64,000 nt of DNA from a virus (taxonomy: Duplodnaviria > Caudoviricetes): the IMG/VR virus record IMGVR_UViG_3300025000_000055; one strand, given 5' to 3'. Made by a program: the position numbers and the translations under genes. Position 1 is the first letter of the stretch. Each line of letters begins with the position of its first letter. The notes beneath the pieces are model-generated. The model saw only the letters and a list, made by a program, of their open reading frames with translations. It was not told the DNA's origin and searched no databases. Positions 9,336 through 19,114 of this stretch are shown here, one piece after another.

Positions 9336-10379
9336 TTATTTATTTAACCAATTAACTAGTTGATTTCTTGATTCTATATTATCTAAAAAGAATTGAGCTA
9401 CACAACCACCACCACATCTCATTATTTTATCACATTCATTTACACATATTTCTGGTATTTTTCGTGTTCTTAAAAATATAAGAAGTTTATCATAATTCCA
9501 TATATTATATAAATTTGTTTTTAAAATATTATTAGGTGTTATAAAATTACCTAACCATTTAAATGCTTCACATGGAAATATATCACCTTTAGCAGATATA
9601 TTTAATTTATTAATACCAACTGAGCATGGTTTATTATTTTTATCATCAGTTATACAATTAAAAGGACAACCATATCTAATAGATAAATTTTTATATTTTT
9701 CATTACTAATTTTAATAGTTATTTCTTTTAATAAAGATTTCATATTATCCACACTAACTTTTAATTCATCATTATTTAAACACCTACCTTGTGAAACAAG
9801 TCTTAATAAACTTATTTTTTTAATACCAATATCATTAACTAAATCTATTAAATCTAAAAAATCAATATAATTTATATTTATAGGAACGAAATGAATTTCA
9901 GTTTCAATATTATATTTTAGACAACTTTTAATTGAATTTATAATAGTGTTAAACACATTTTTAATTTTAACAATTTTATATATTGTATCATCATTTGACC
10001 CATGTAAACTAATTACAATCTTATTAATATTTCTTTTAAAAAATAATAAAGTATCTTCAGATATAGATGATAATTCGTTATTATGATATATAATCCCACA
10101 ACTATAAACAGTAATGTGTAAACCTAATTTTTTAGCAAAAGAAATTATTTCTTTAAATTCAGGGTGAAGTAATGGGTCTCCACCTGATATGGATAAATTT
10201 TTAACTCCTTCAGAAACAGCATCTAATAATATATTTTTTACATCTGAAAATAATAACATATCATTACTCTTAGAATTAGCTTTAGAAGAACAATGAATAC
10301 AATTTAACATACATTTATTTGTTATTTCTATACATAAATTTTTTAAACCAATATCTGGGAACAACTGATACATTCTCAA
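9336..10379 (-). CDS. Radical SAM / SPASM domain protein
   Basis: EITNKCMLNCIHC, SGGDPLL, SPASM cysteines CSVG...FPCE...C..EC...RCGGGC. Confidence 0.92.
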   Translation of the reverse strand: MRMYQLFPDIGLKNLCIEITNKCMLNCIHCSSKANSKSNDMLLFSDVKNILLDAVSEGVKNLSISGGDPLLHPEFKEIISFAKKLGLHITVYSCGIIYHNNELSSISEDTLLFFKRNINKIVISLHGSNDDTIYKIVKIKNVFNTIINSIKSCLKYNIETEIHFVPININYIDFLDLIDLVNDIGIKKISLLRLVSQGRCLNNDELKVSVDNMKSLLKEITIKISNEKYKNLSIRYGCPFNCITDDKNNKPCSVGINKLNISAKGDIFPCEAFKWLGNFITPNNILKTNLYNIWNYDKLLIFLRTRKIPEICVNECDKIMRCGGGCVAQFFLDNIESRNQLVNWLNK

Positions 10380-10392
10380 ATTATCATCCCCC

Positions 10393-11947
10393 TTATATAA
10401 TTAAGTTATTTAATTTAACTTGTGATATCTGGGATGTACTATTGTGAAATTTCTTCATAGATAAATTAACTAATGTAGATGAAACTCTTGCTGATGTTAA
10501 TCCAATATTAGTTATATTTAACTTCTCATACATAAGTCCAGCACATACACGACATAATTTCTTAGATATACAACCCATAGGTGTTCTCATTTTAACTTTA
10601 ACTCCAAAATATTTATGTATATTATCATCATCTAATAAAATTAATTTGTTCCCTTCCATAATATATCTATATAAATAGTCGTTAATAGTATTTTTAGTTA
10701 TTATTACATCCATTAATCCTTTAGAACCACAATTACTCCCTTTATCATCTAAAACAACAGCTTGTAAAGCTGCAATAATTTTTTTAGAAAAATAACCTGA
10801 ATCAGCTGTTCCAATAGCTTTTGGATCTATATATTCACATAGGTCGTTAATCTATGCAGTTCTCTTATGAACTTCCTTATCTTTCGATAAGATACTAGAC
10901 TATATCTTCATCCTTATTATTTCTAATAAGGAGCTCTCCATTTCGATTTAAGGGATTCTCACCCACCTACTTAGGCCCTACTCCTATTGCTTATTTCAAA
11001 GCCAATGGGATAGTCGTTGAACTTTTCTCATATTTATGAGACTTAGCTGCGGATTACTCAATCCTAAAACCTTATTACTAATATAATTTAGTAGTTTTAG
11101 GCTCTAAGAGCTTCCCCGACAATTAAAAGAGTAAAACATAATATTACTATTATGCCGCCCATAATTTATAGGCACCTGTTATAATAGCATTACCATAAAC
11201 AGCTAAATCTTCTTTTGTTATACCTTCCATTAAACAATTTTCAACAAAATCAAACTCTCCTGTAGACGGATTATATACAGGGCCTTTCATAATATTAGTA
11301 TTTTTATAGTTATTACTAAAAGTACCTCTAGCACCAGATTTATAAAGTTCATAACCAGTGTCATATTTTAATTCTTCTTCAGCTAATTTTATTAATTCTT
11401 TTTCAATTTTAACAGCTGTTATAATATCACCCTGTTTTAATTTATCTTTATTTTCTTTTATTAACTTTTTTTTCATATCAATAACTTTAGGATTGGGTTT
11501 AAATAATTTCATTGTATATGAACCAGAAATAACAATATGAAATTGTTGTGCTAACCATTGAATATCATTAAGATATTTAACCATAATATTGGTATCTATT
11601 TTATCATTTAGTAATGCTTTAGATAATTTATCTTCTATTTTTAAAAGTACTTTTTTATCTATAGTTTCATTTATATATCCCAGAATATTAACTAAGCTTC
11701 TTTCAATTATATATTTATTATAAATAAATAAACCAATATTAGTTCTAACCTTATCTTTGTTAAAATACTCACTTGGTTTTAAATCAAACTCATCCCATGT
11801 TTTAAATCTACTTTTAATAATATTAATTTTCTTATTAATATCTTTTTTAACAGTATCACCAAATAATTCTATTAATAATTCAAAAGTTATATCCTCGGGT
11901 TTTAAATTTAATAGATATTCTTTATCTTTTTGAGATATCAAATCCAT
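10393..11947 (-). CDS. rpoC: Phage RNAP beta' C-terminal subunit; join(11170..11947, 10393..10826), 403 aa
   Basis: SGARG, spliced bridge helix GAYPKAIGTADSGYFSKK, CGS, RTPMGC..LCRVC, trigger-loop-like IGLTSARVSSTLVNLSMKKFH. Confidence 0.9.
10827..11169 (-). mobile_element. ORF-less group I intron (343 nt) in beta' C-half gene
   Basis: P1 GCCU/GGGC with U-G placing the splice site inside the Tyr codon (T|AT); AAUUGUCGGGGAA, AAUCCGCAGC, GUUCAACGACUA, AAGAUAUAGUCU; terminal G. Confidence 0.93.
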
Positions 11948-11980
11948 TATTTATACATCTCCTTTATATTTATTATAGGT

Positions 11981-11992
11981 TATAATTTTGTT
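11981..11992 (-). promoter_or_regulatory. Putative late promoter motif AACA-N6-TA (also minus 12967-12978, 18363-18374, 24296-24307, 26686-26697, 33331-33342, 58406-58417, 62514-62525; plus 15451-15462, 37696-37707, 37869-37880, 44278-44289, 54202-54213, 54230-54241, 56770-56781, 62915-62926)
   Basis: Correctly oriented short distance upstream of many genes, including most structural ones; matches the AR9 late promoter consensus; short motif that also occurs by chance. Confidence 0.65.
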
Positions 11993-12012
11993 TTGGTTTA
12001 TATAAAAATAAA

Positions 12013-12054
12013 AAATTTATATAATTGATAAATATTTATCAATTATATAAATTT
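12013..12054. terminator. Perfect 42-bp palindrome, likely terminator
   Basis: 21-bp arms, no loop, right after the stop of 12060..12923. Confidence 0.75.
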
Positions 12055-12059
12055 AATTT

Positions 12060-12923
12060 TCATGATGTATAAATACGATAAATAATAGTTAAATCTTTAG
12101 CAAATTGTAATAACTCATTCCCAAGATTTAATTTAGAAAATAATTTTACTTGTTTATAATCATAAGAACCATCTGCCAATAAACTTTTAATACCTGTAAA
12201 CAAACCAATGGAATTTATTCTAGCCTGTTCAATATTACCATTAAGTTCAAACCATTCTCTTACATCCAATTTACTTATTTTTAAAATAAGTTCAATAAAT
12301 GTTTCAATCGGTTCAATACGTGTAGTGTTATGAACTCCGGCCTCAACCTCAGTTCCATCTTCATCTCCTTCAGCATCTTTCCAAAGAACTTTAATTTCAG
12401 GTATTACTTCAAAGTTCTTTAAATAATAGGCTTTTTTACCATCAACTAATATTGTTTTAAACCAATATTTATCAACATCTTGCAGAGAAAGTTCACCATC
12501 AATAACTCGAAATGGTACCATATCAAAAATTTCTCTTTCATAAAATTTAACATCTACAACAGAAGTTATTGAATCCCCACAACCACCAGTTCCCACACCA
12601 AATAAACATATTACATTATCTTTAGGATATATATCAGTTACTGCAACCCCAGTTGTTGCTATTCCCATAATGTTATTTAAATAGTCAACTGTTAAAGGAG
12701 ACGCTACACCAAATATTTTTTCTAAAACATATAAAGCCCCGCCCAATATTATTTGATTCTCTTCTTCAAAAAGAACCTCTCCCAATTCAGTAATACCATT
12801 TTCATTTTTTCTAGGATTATAACCACCTATAATTTTAGTTCTTTGTAATACGCTTGGTTTAAATTCAAAAGACAAAATATTATTTGAATTGAGACTATCT
12901 TTTTTCATAATTACTTTATCCAT
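12060..12923 (-). CDS. Putative virion (baseplate/tail fibre attachment) protein
   Basis: C-terminal SIGLFTG...LFSKLN...IIYRIY resembles baseplate/tail-fibre N-domain ends; late motif upstream. Confidence 0.5.
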   Translation of the reverse strand: MDKVIMKKDSLNSNNILSFEFKPSVLQRTKIIGGYNPRKNENGITELGEVLFEEENQIILGGALYVLEKIFGVASPLTVDYLNNIMGIATTGVAVTDIYPKDNVICLFGVGTGGCGDSITSVVDVKFYEREIFDMVPFRVIDGELSLQDVDKYWFKTILVDGKKAYYLKNFEVIPEIKVLWKDAEGDEDGTEVEAGVHNTTRIEPIETFIELILKISKLDVREWFELNGNIEQARINSIGLFTGIKSLLADGSYDYKQVKLFSKLNLGNELLQFAKDLTIIYRIYTS

Positions 12924-12978
12924 TTTTTAAAAATTCAACCCCTTTCTTTACGATTCAATACCATCTTATTTATTTGTT

Positions 12979-15423
12979 TTATGATTCATGAATAATATTA
13001 ATATTATCTTTTAATGATAAAGGTGTTTTATTTATTATTAAAGAATTTATATTATTAGATGTCAATATATTACAATCATCATTAATAATAATTGTTTTTA
13101 TTAAAAGATTAATCAATGATTGTTCTGTTCTTTCAGAATCATTTTCAAAATATTTATTATCACTAAGTATTTTTTCATTTACCTTTAAAGTATTATATAA
13201 TGAAATAAAATTATCTAATAAAGATAATTTAACATCTTTATCCATATTAATACTAATTGCATTATTACAATCTTTATATATAAAATTAAAATTATCTTCA
13301 TTACCTAATACCTTATCAATAGTTTTAATATCATGTATTAATCTGACCATATTAAAGTATCTACTATTCATTAAATAAACTATATTTAATGATGTAATAT
13401 CAGTTGTATATGATTTAAAGAAATCTATAAGTGTTATTAAAGCATTTATTGTACCTGTGTTGGAATCATTTAAAAACATATCCATATATTTTAATTCACT
13501 AACAAGTTTAGTTAATCTAAATACACTATGTCTAATATATTCAGATATTTTTTCATCACCAGAAGAATTAATTATATTATACATGTCAAGATTAGAATCT
13601 TCTAAATATTCTAAAAAAGTTATAGCTATTTCACCATTAGATTTTATAAATATTTCATTATTTTCATTAGAAACCATTAAAGCATTAAATAATTTTGTAT
13701 AAGCTCTATATTCATCTATATTTTGGCTTGTTGCTATTTTTGTAACAATAAAATCATTTAAACCTTTAATATTAGCATAAAGGGAATTAATATCATTAGC
13801 ACTTGATATATTTAAATTATTTATATAATCAAGAATAGTAGTATCTATTAAGTCTGAATTTTCGTTTATATACTGACGTATTATATTAAAATCATTTTTA
13901 AAATTAAATCCCATTACTGATAATATTTTTGATGGTGTATATAAAATATTACCAGCCATTTTATTTTTTTTACAAACTAATGCTAATAAAAATACTACAA
14001 CATCAAATATTTTAAATTCAGTATTACTAAAAATTTTAGGTAATTTCATTAATATAGTTGAAACTTGTGATTTTTTATCTATTAACATTTTTAAAAAGTA
14101 TGTAGTTTCAAATAACATTTCGGTCATCTTATACATTACTTGAATATTTAAATATTTAGTTTCAATAAAATTAAAGTCTTCCTTATATAATTGAACTTTT
14201 ACTTCATCATCAAACCAATATGGGTCATCAGCAACAACTTCATCATAATCTAGTCTATTAGTATTGTCTTCTAGTGCAAGGGCTACATTACGTTCATTTA
14301 TATCCACTAATTGAAAATATAATGAATACATTTGTTCAACATCTTCAACAAGAGTAATATTTCCTAAACCATCATCTTCTTCCTTATAAAGAAATAAAGG
14401 ATTTTTATTTTCATCTAAATTATGCTGTTTTATTAAATAATATGAAAAAATTCTCACTCGTTCAAAATCTAATAAAGAACACAAATCATATAATACTTTA
14501 TCTGTTGATTTATATCGTAGAAGATTATTTAAATTCTTTAAAATAATTCTTTGATGAACTAAAGATAAATAAGATATAAAGGGTACATTATAAGATTCAA
14601 ACATCATTTTTATTGATTCCAAATCATAAAAATCCCTTGTAATACCACTTTTAAATACATCAGAGAAAGTTCTTTGAATGGTCATAAACATTATACACAA
14701 TGCAATAAAATTATCATACAAGTCATATGTTTTACTATATTCTTTTATATAAATTACTGTCATGAAATATTCTCTAGCCTGATTATAAAAATCATTAAAT
14801 TTTATATAGGTACTATCAGATATATCTTTTGTCATTTGTAGTATAGATAAGTTTTTAGCTTTTCTAGCATATGCAATTTCAATCTTATTTGAACCAAGAT
14901 AATTAAGATATTTTTTATCTGGATAATTATTTTTTATTGTTTCTAATAAACCGACATTTTTAATTGTATTTATATCTTCAACTGGATAATTATGAATAGC
15001 TATCCCATAATTTAAATTTAATTCAATACAAGTTTCTTCATCTAAATAAATAAAAGTGGTATCATCTATATCTGGCAAACCATTTAATGTCCTATAATAA
15101 TTATTATTTTCAATATAATTATTTATAATATATTCTCTTTGTTTCAGTAAGATAGTATCCCTTAAATTATAAGGTATTTTTAACTTATCTTCTGAATATT
15201 CTCTTGCTAAATCTAAGTTGGTAACACCAGCAGTTATTATTACTTCAATATTAAATTGACGATATGTATTAAAAGAGTCTAGTCCCAATACGGCAGATAC
15301 ATATTTATCACTTTCCTTTAAAGTATCAATAGTATCTAATGCTTTAGCATCATTCTCAAATTTAATTGTGATACTAGATGTAATTAATTTTATTTCATTA
15401 AAAATATTATCTATTAAATACAT
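12979..15423 (-). CDS. Putative virion structural protein (814 aa)
   Basis: Large ORF next to a baseplate-like gene; NNYYRTLNGLP motif recalled from jumbo-phage structural proteins. Confidence 0.5.
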   Translation of the reverse strand: MYLIDNIFNEIKLITSSITIKFENDAKALDTIDTLKESDKYVSAVLGLDSFNTYRQFNIEVIITAGVTNLDLAREYSEDKLKIPYNLRDTILLKQREYIINNYIENNNYYRTLNGLPDIDDTTFIYLDEETCIELNLNYGIAIHNYPVEDINTIKNVGLLETIKNNYPDKKYLNYLGSNKIEIAYARKAKNLSILQMTKDISDSTYIKFNDFYNQAREYFMTVIYIKEYSKTYDLYDNFIALCIMFMTIQRTFSDVFKSGITRDFYDLESIKMMFESYNVPFISYLSLVHQRIILKNLNNLLRYKSTDKVLYDLCSLLDFERVRIFSYYLIKQHNLDENKNPLFLYKEEDDGLGNITLVEDVEQMYSLYFQLVDINERNVALALEDNTNRLDYDEVVADDPYWFDDEVKVQLYKEDFNFIETKYLNIQVMYKMTEMLFETTYFLKMLIDKKSQVSTILMKLPKIFSNTEFKIFDVVVFLLALVCKKNKMAGNILYTPSKILSVMGFNFKNDFNIIRQYINENSDLIDTTILDYINNLNISSANDINSLYANIKGLNDFIVTKIATSQNIDEYRAYTKLFNALMVSNENNEIFIKSNGEIAITFLEYLEDSNLDMYNIINSSGDEKISEYIRHSVFRLTKLVSELKYMDMFLNDSNTGTINALITLIDFFKSYTTDITSLNIVYLMNSRYFNMVRLIHDIKTIDKVLGNEDNFNFIYKDCNNAISINMDKDVKLSLLDNFISLYNTLKVNEKILSDNKYFENDSERTEQSLINLLIKTIIINDDCNILTSNNINSLIINKTPLSLKDNINIIHES

Positions 15424-15496
15424 TTATATTTAAACCCCCTTCTGATAAAAAACATACTATTAATGAAATGTACTTTCAAAAATCTTTTTTAAGGAG

Positions 15497-16159
15497 TTGT
15501 ATTATATGAGTAATAACATAGCAAATATCAAATTTAAGAATACTAAGAATAGACCGATTATTGATTCGGATACTTGTGCATTTGCTTTACCTTTTTATAA
15601 AAATGGAGAATACTTTTCTAATATAGATAATTTTGTATCTTTTATTAAAGCGGTTGAAAAACAAGTAAGGGGTGATAATTTTTATAAAAAATATATTTCA
15701 TATTTAAAAAATGATATTGGTTTAACTAGATGTCAAGTTCTATCCAATATAGATGATGAAAGCGCTGAGATTGAACTTCATCATGGTCCGATACTTACTT
15801 TATTTGATTGTGCATGTATAATAACTGATTATTATTTAGCTAAAAATAAAAAAATAAATACCTTTATTATATCCAATACTTTATTAGAGGAACATAAAAA
15901 CAATAATATTCAGGTAGTAATGTTATCTAAAAGTGTTCATCAACAAGTGCATGATAATAATATTTTTATTAATCTTAAACAAGCTTTCGGTAATTTAGTT
16001 ACATTCTTAAACAAATATAGAACAGGAATTCATCCCGAACAAATTCAGAAGATAAATAAATATATTGAATTATCTGAGAAGTATGAATCATTTGATAAAA
16101 ATGTACTTGAATTGAAAAAAAATATTAAATCATGGTCTAATGATGAAATTATTTTTTAA
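15497..16159 (+). CDS. Conserved 220-aa protein with HNH-like His motif; paralog of 23601..24263
   Basis: C...IELHHGP.LTLFD...HQQVH...FGN shared with 23601..24263. Confidence 0.65.
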   Translation: MYYMSNNIANIKFKNTKNRPIIDSDTCAFALPFYKNGEYFSNIDNFVSFIKAVEKQVRGDNFYKKYISYLKNDIGLTRCQVLSNIDDESAEIELHHGPILTLFDCACIITDYYLAKNKKINTFIISNTLLEEHKNNNIQVVMLSKSVHQQVHDNNIFINLKQAFGNLVTFLNKYRTGIHPEQIQKINKYIELSEKYESFDKNVLELKKNIKSWSNDEIIF

Positions 16160-16161
16160 AA

Positions 16162-16200
16162 TTATAATACTAATAACTTATTAAGTTATTAGTATTATAA
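16162..16200. terminator. Bidirectional terminator palindrome between convergent genes
   Basis: 19-bp arms, 1-nt loop. Confidence 0.8.
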
Positions 16201-16208
16201 TTAATTAG

Positions 16209-16844
16209 TTAGTTATCAAATAATTTAACTGTATTAAAAAGAATTTGACTTAATTCATCAGATATCCCAAATCTTTCTTTATTATCAATTACACTCTTAT
16301 AAATATCACCATTATTATGTCTCATTGAAGCGGCTTTCCAATCACAAATCATTTCAACCAAATCAATAAGATTCATACCTCTTAATGTATATCTTTCTTT
16401 AATTTCAGGATTTGAAGTATTACAATTAGGACATTTATTATAATATGAGTGGTTATTTAGATTATTCAATCCATATCCGCATTCAGTACAATATTTTTCT
16501 TTTTTATCATAGAATTCAGGATGATGTCTATTTTTAGAATAGTGTGAATCTAATGCAACTTTCATTTCTTTTAAAAAACTTCTATACTCTTCACTACCAT
16601 AAGTAGAATCTTTAAGTTTTGGTCCATATATAGCAAAAATATCTAATTCAGGTTGTTCCATTTTACTTTTATCATGATTTAAAACCCTTTCATTTAACCC
16701 ACTTATAATTAAATTTATAAAACTAGCAACTTTATCAATATGTGTTTTTGTATCACTTATAGATTCTTCTATAAGTTTCCCATCAATATTATTATTACTT
16801 GACAAATTTAACCCCTCTTTTCTTTTCTTATTATTAAATATCAT
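16209..16844 (-). CDS. DUF5662-like (HD-related) protein with inserted Zn ribbon
   Basis: HDKSK, HYSKNRHHPE, EMICDWKAAS; insert CTECG...CPNC. Confidence 0.7.
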   Translation of the reverse strand: MIFNNKKRKEGLNLSSNNNIDGKLIEESISDTKTHIDKVASFINLIISGLNERVLNHDKSKMEQPELDIFAIYGPKLKDSTYGSEEYRSFLKEMKVALDSHYSKNRHHPEFYDKKEKYCTECGYGLNNLNNHSYYNKCPNCNTSNPEIKERYTLRGMNLIDLVEMICDWKAASMRHNNGDIYKSVIDNKERFGISDELSQILFNTVKLFDN

Positions 16845-17524
16845 AATTCCACTCCTGTCTGAATGAGTCCTTTTATATTAAGTTCTTTGTCAATAATTTT
16901 AATAAATCTATCTACACACCATATATCATCTTTAATTATATTACATTTACTAAATAAATCAAAGAATTTATTAGCATTATGATAGTATTTAAATATTTCA
17001 ACAATACCCAAAGTAGTTGTAATAATTGATTCAATTTGGTTCTCATTTAATATTTGTTTAATACCTTCGTCTAAATTCATTTCAGGATTTATTGCTTCTA
17101 CTTCTAAATAAGTATATGGACATATAAATCTACTATTCCATTTATCTATTTCATATAAAAAATTATTTAATTTAAAACTTTTTCTTAATTTATTTCCTAC
17201 TAAAATAGGAATATATAATAATTTTTCTTTATTATAATTAATTATAAGTTTTTCAAATACATCTGAATTTATAATAATAGTTCTTTCATTTTGAATTTTG
17301 TGTTTTTCCGTTCTTTCAACAATAGATTTTGTTGTGTGTTCATATGTTATAGATCTATCAATAAGAGATAATATTTTTCTTAATCTAATACTTTTATTTT
17401 TATATTTAAATATCCAGTTTGTTTGTTCCTCCAATTTAACAAATTGACATCCTTTGTCAATTAAAATCTTTTCAATTTCTTCAGCTGTACCAAGATTAAA
17501 AATCTTTATTTCTTTTTCTAACAT
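16841..17524 (-). CDS. CYTH-domain protein (class IV adenylyl cyclase/triphosphatase fold)
   Basis: N-terminal EKEIK, IRLRK, YEIDKW, YLEVEA. Confidence 0.75.
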   Translation of the reverse strand: MLEKEIKIFNLGTAEEIEKILIDKGCQFVKLEEQTNWIFKYKNKSIRLRKILSLIDRSITYEHTTKSIVERTEKHKIQNERTIIINSDVFEKLIINYNKEKLLYIPILVGNKLRKSFKLNNFLYEIDKWNSRFICPYTYLEVEAINPEMNLDEGIKQILNENQIESIITTTLGIVEIFKYYHNANKFFDLFSKCNIIKDDIWCVDRFIKIIDKELNIKGLIQTGVEL

Positions 17525-17567
17525 TTTGGTATCCTCCTTTTAACTAACATAATTAAAAAAAATATTA

Positions 17568-18329
17568 TTAAATTAAAATACTAATTAAAGGAACTAAGTA
17601 ATGTATAAAATTATAATTAATATTTATATCATTAACATAAGATGTATCTTTAACACCAATTATTTCTTTATTATATTTTGGGTCATTTAATCTAAATAAT
17701 GATTGTATATTTAGTTCTCTATAATATTCAATATATAATTTTCTTCTCTTATAATAATCAATAAAATCTTTTAAAAATTCTACTACTCTTTTTCTTTTAG
17801 ATAATTCATTCATCTTAAAAAATGTATGTAGAAAATCTAACATATATTGTCTATGATATTCTAAAGTAGTATCTGATATTCCTTTTACATCAATAATACT
17901 ATTATTATAATAAAATTCATTTTCATTTAAATAATAATAAGATGTATAAATATTCTTTTCAATAAAAGAAATATTATCTAATTCTGTAACAAGACATCTT
18001 TTAGTAACTATAATAGCATCTTTTTTTATAGATAAAATATCCTCATCTTTGAGATTGTTGTTATTAAAAAACCATTCTCTTACTTCTATAAATTTCTCAT
18101 TCAATCTTTTAAATAATTCTTTATAATTTTTCATATACAAACCTATTTGAACTTGTTTTTGTTTTCTATCTAAAGTTTCTAAATAATTTATTTTATTAGA
18201 ATCTAAAAGATTGAATTTCTTTATGATATTAAATCCTGCTGATTTAATATCATATTCAATTATCTCGTTTGAAATCAAATATTCAATATTTTTATTTAAA
18301 TAAAAATGTTTTTTAAATAAAAAACTCAT
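17568..18329 (-). CDS. Putative family-B DNA polymerase palm-like subunit
   Basis: IEYDIKSAG (motif A-like) and SIKKDAII (motif C-like) in a 253-aa protein. Confidence 0.55.
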   Translation of the reverse strand: MSFLFKKHFYLNKNIEYLISNEIIEYDIKSAGFNIIKKFNLLDSNKINYLETLDRKQKQVQIGLYMKNYKELFKRLNEKFIEVREWFFNNNNLKDEDILSIKKDAIIVTKRCLVTELDNISFIEKNIYTSYYYLNENEFYYNNSIIDVKGISDTTLEYHRQYMLDFLHTFFKMNELSKRKRVVEFLKDFIDYYKRRKLYIEYYRELNIQSLFRLNDPKYNKEIIGVKDTSYVNDININYNFIHYLVPLISILI

Positions 18330-18400
18330 AAATTATCAATCCTTTAAAAAAAATAAGATTTTTAATAATTTGTTAAAATAAAAGTATTTTTCTAATAAAT

Positions 18401-18430
18401 AAAGACCTTAGTATTTATACTAAGGTCTTT
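18401..18430. terminator. Terminator hairpin
   Basis: AAAGACCTTAGTA / TACTAAGGTCTTT. Confidence 0.8.
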
Positions 18431-18440
18431 ACTATTCAAA

Positions 18441-19109
18441 TTAACAAATCGCCTTTACTATAATTTTAATAAGGTCTTTCTTTTTATCATGTTTATCAAC
18501 TTTCATCAAGTTTGTTTTACAATATTTATATAGTTCTTCCCTTTCCATTGATTTTAATCTCTTAATAAGTTTATCCTTATTTACATCTGGTGACATTATA
18601 TCAGATGGTTTTAACTTATTGACAATATCCGTTAAATTATTGATAACCTGTTCTTTGTTTGGTATCTTAGTAACTTTATTCACATCTTTCTTTAACTTCT
18701 TATATGAATATGTTTTCAACTTATACTCATTCTCAATGAATTCACATAACATTTTAAGATATCCAAATTCATCTTCTGACTTTGAACATAATAAAATAAC
18801 ATTCATATTACTAAGAGCACCCTTAACAATAGTTGAAACCAATAAATTATTGTCATCTTTTTTAAGATACTCATAGTATTTCTTTTTATAAGTTTTTGTC
18901 ATACCATCATTAATAGATAATGACGCAACATGAGGTGGGGGTATTAATGCTTTAATAGCCATTACATTAGAATACTTTCCTTTCTTTCCTTTAGTTGTAA
19001 CATTATGTGATAATAATAAAAATTGAAATTTATTTGGGTCAAAATTTTTTAAAAAATCCCCAATAAATTCTTTTGAATTAATTCTAACTATACAACCCAT
19101 GTTCCACAC
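18441..19109 (-). CDS. Hypothetical protein (weak DUF488-like N-part, Rho-N-like C-terminal helix bundle)
   Basis: LIPPP...YYEYL...VILLC; C-terminal LKSMEREELYKYCK...KKDLIKII. Confidence 0.45.
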   Translation of the reverse strand: MWNMGCIVRINSKEFIGDFLKNFDPNKFQFLLLSHNVTTKGKKGKYSNVMAIKALIPPPHVASLSINDGMTKTYKKKYYEYLKKDDNNLLVSTIVKGALSNMNVILLCSKSEDEFGYLKMLCEFIENEYKLKTYSYKKLKKDVNKVTKIPNKEQVINNLTDIVNKLKPSDIMSPDVNKDKLIKRLKSMEREELYKYCKTNLMKVDKHDKKKDLIKIIVKAIC

Positions 19110-19114
19110 TCCTT

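Noticed and set aside
9336-10379. Calling the radical SAM gene nrdG
   Set aside because: It is about twice the size of NrdG and has a SPASM domain; motif context differs.
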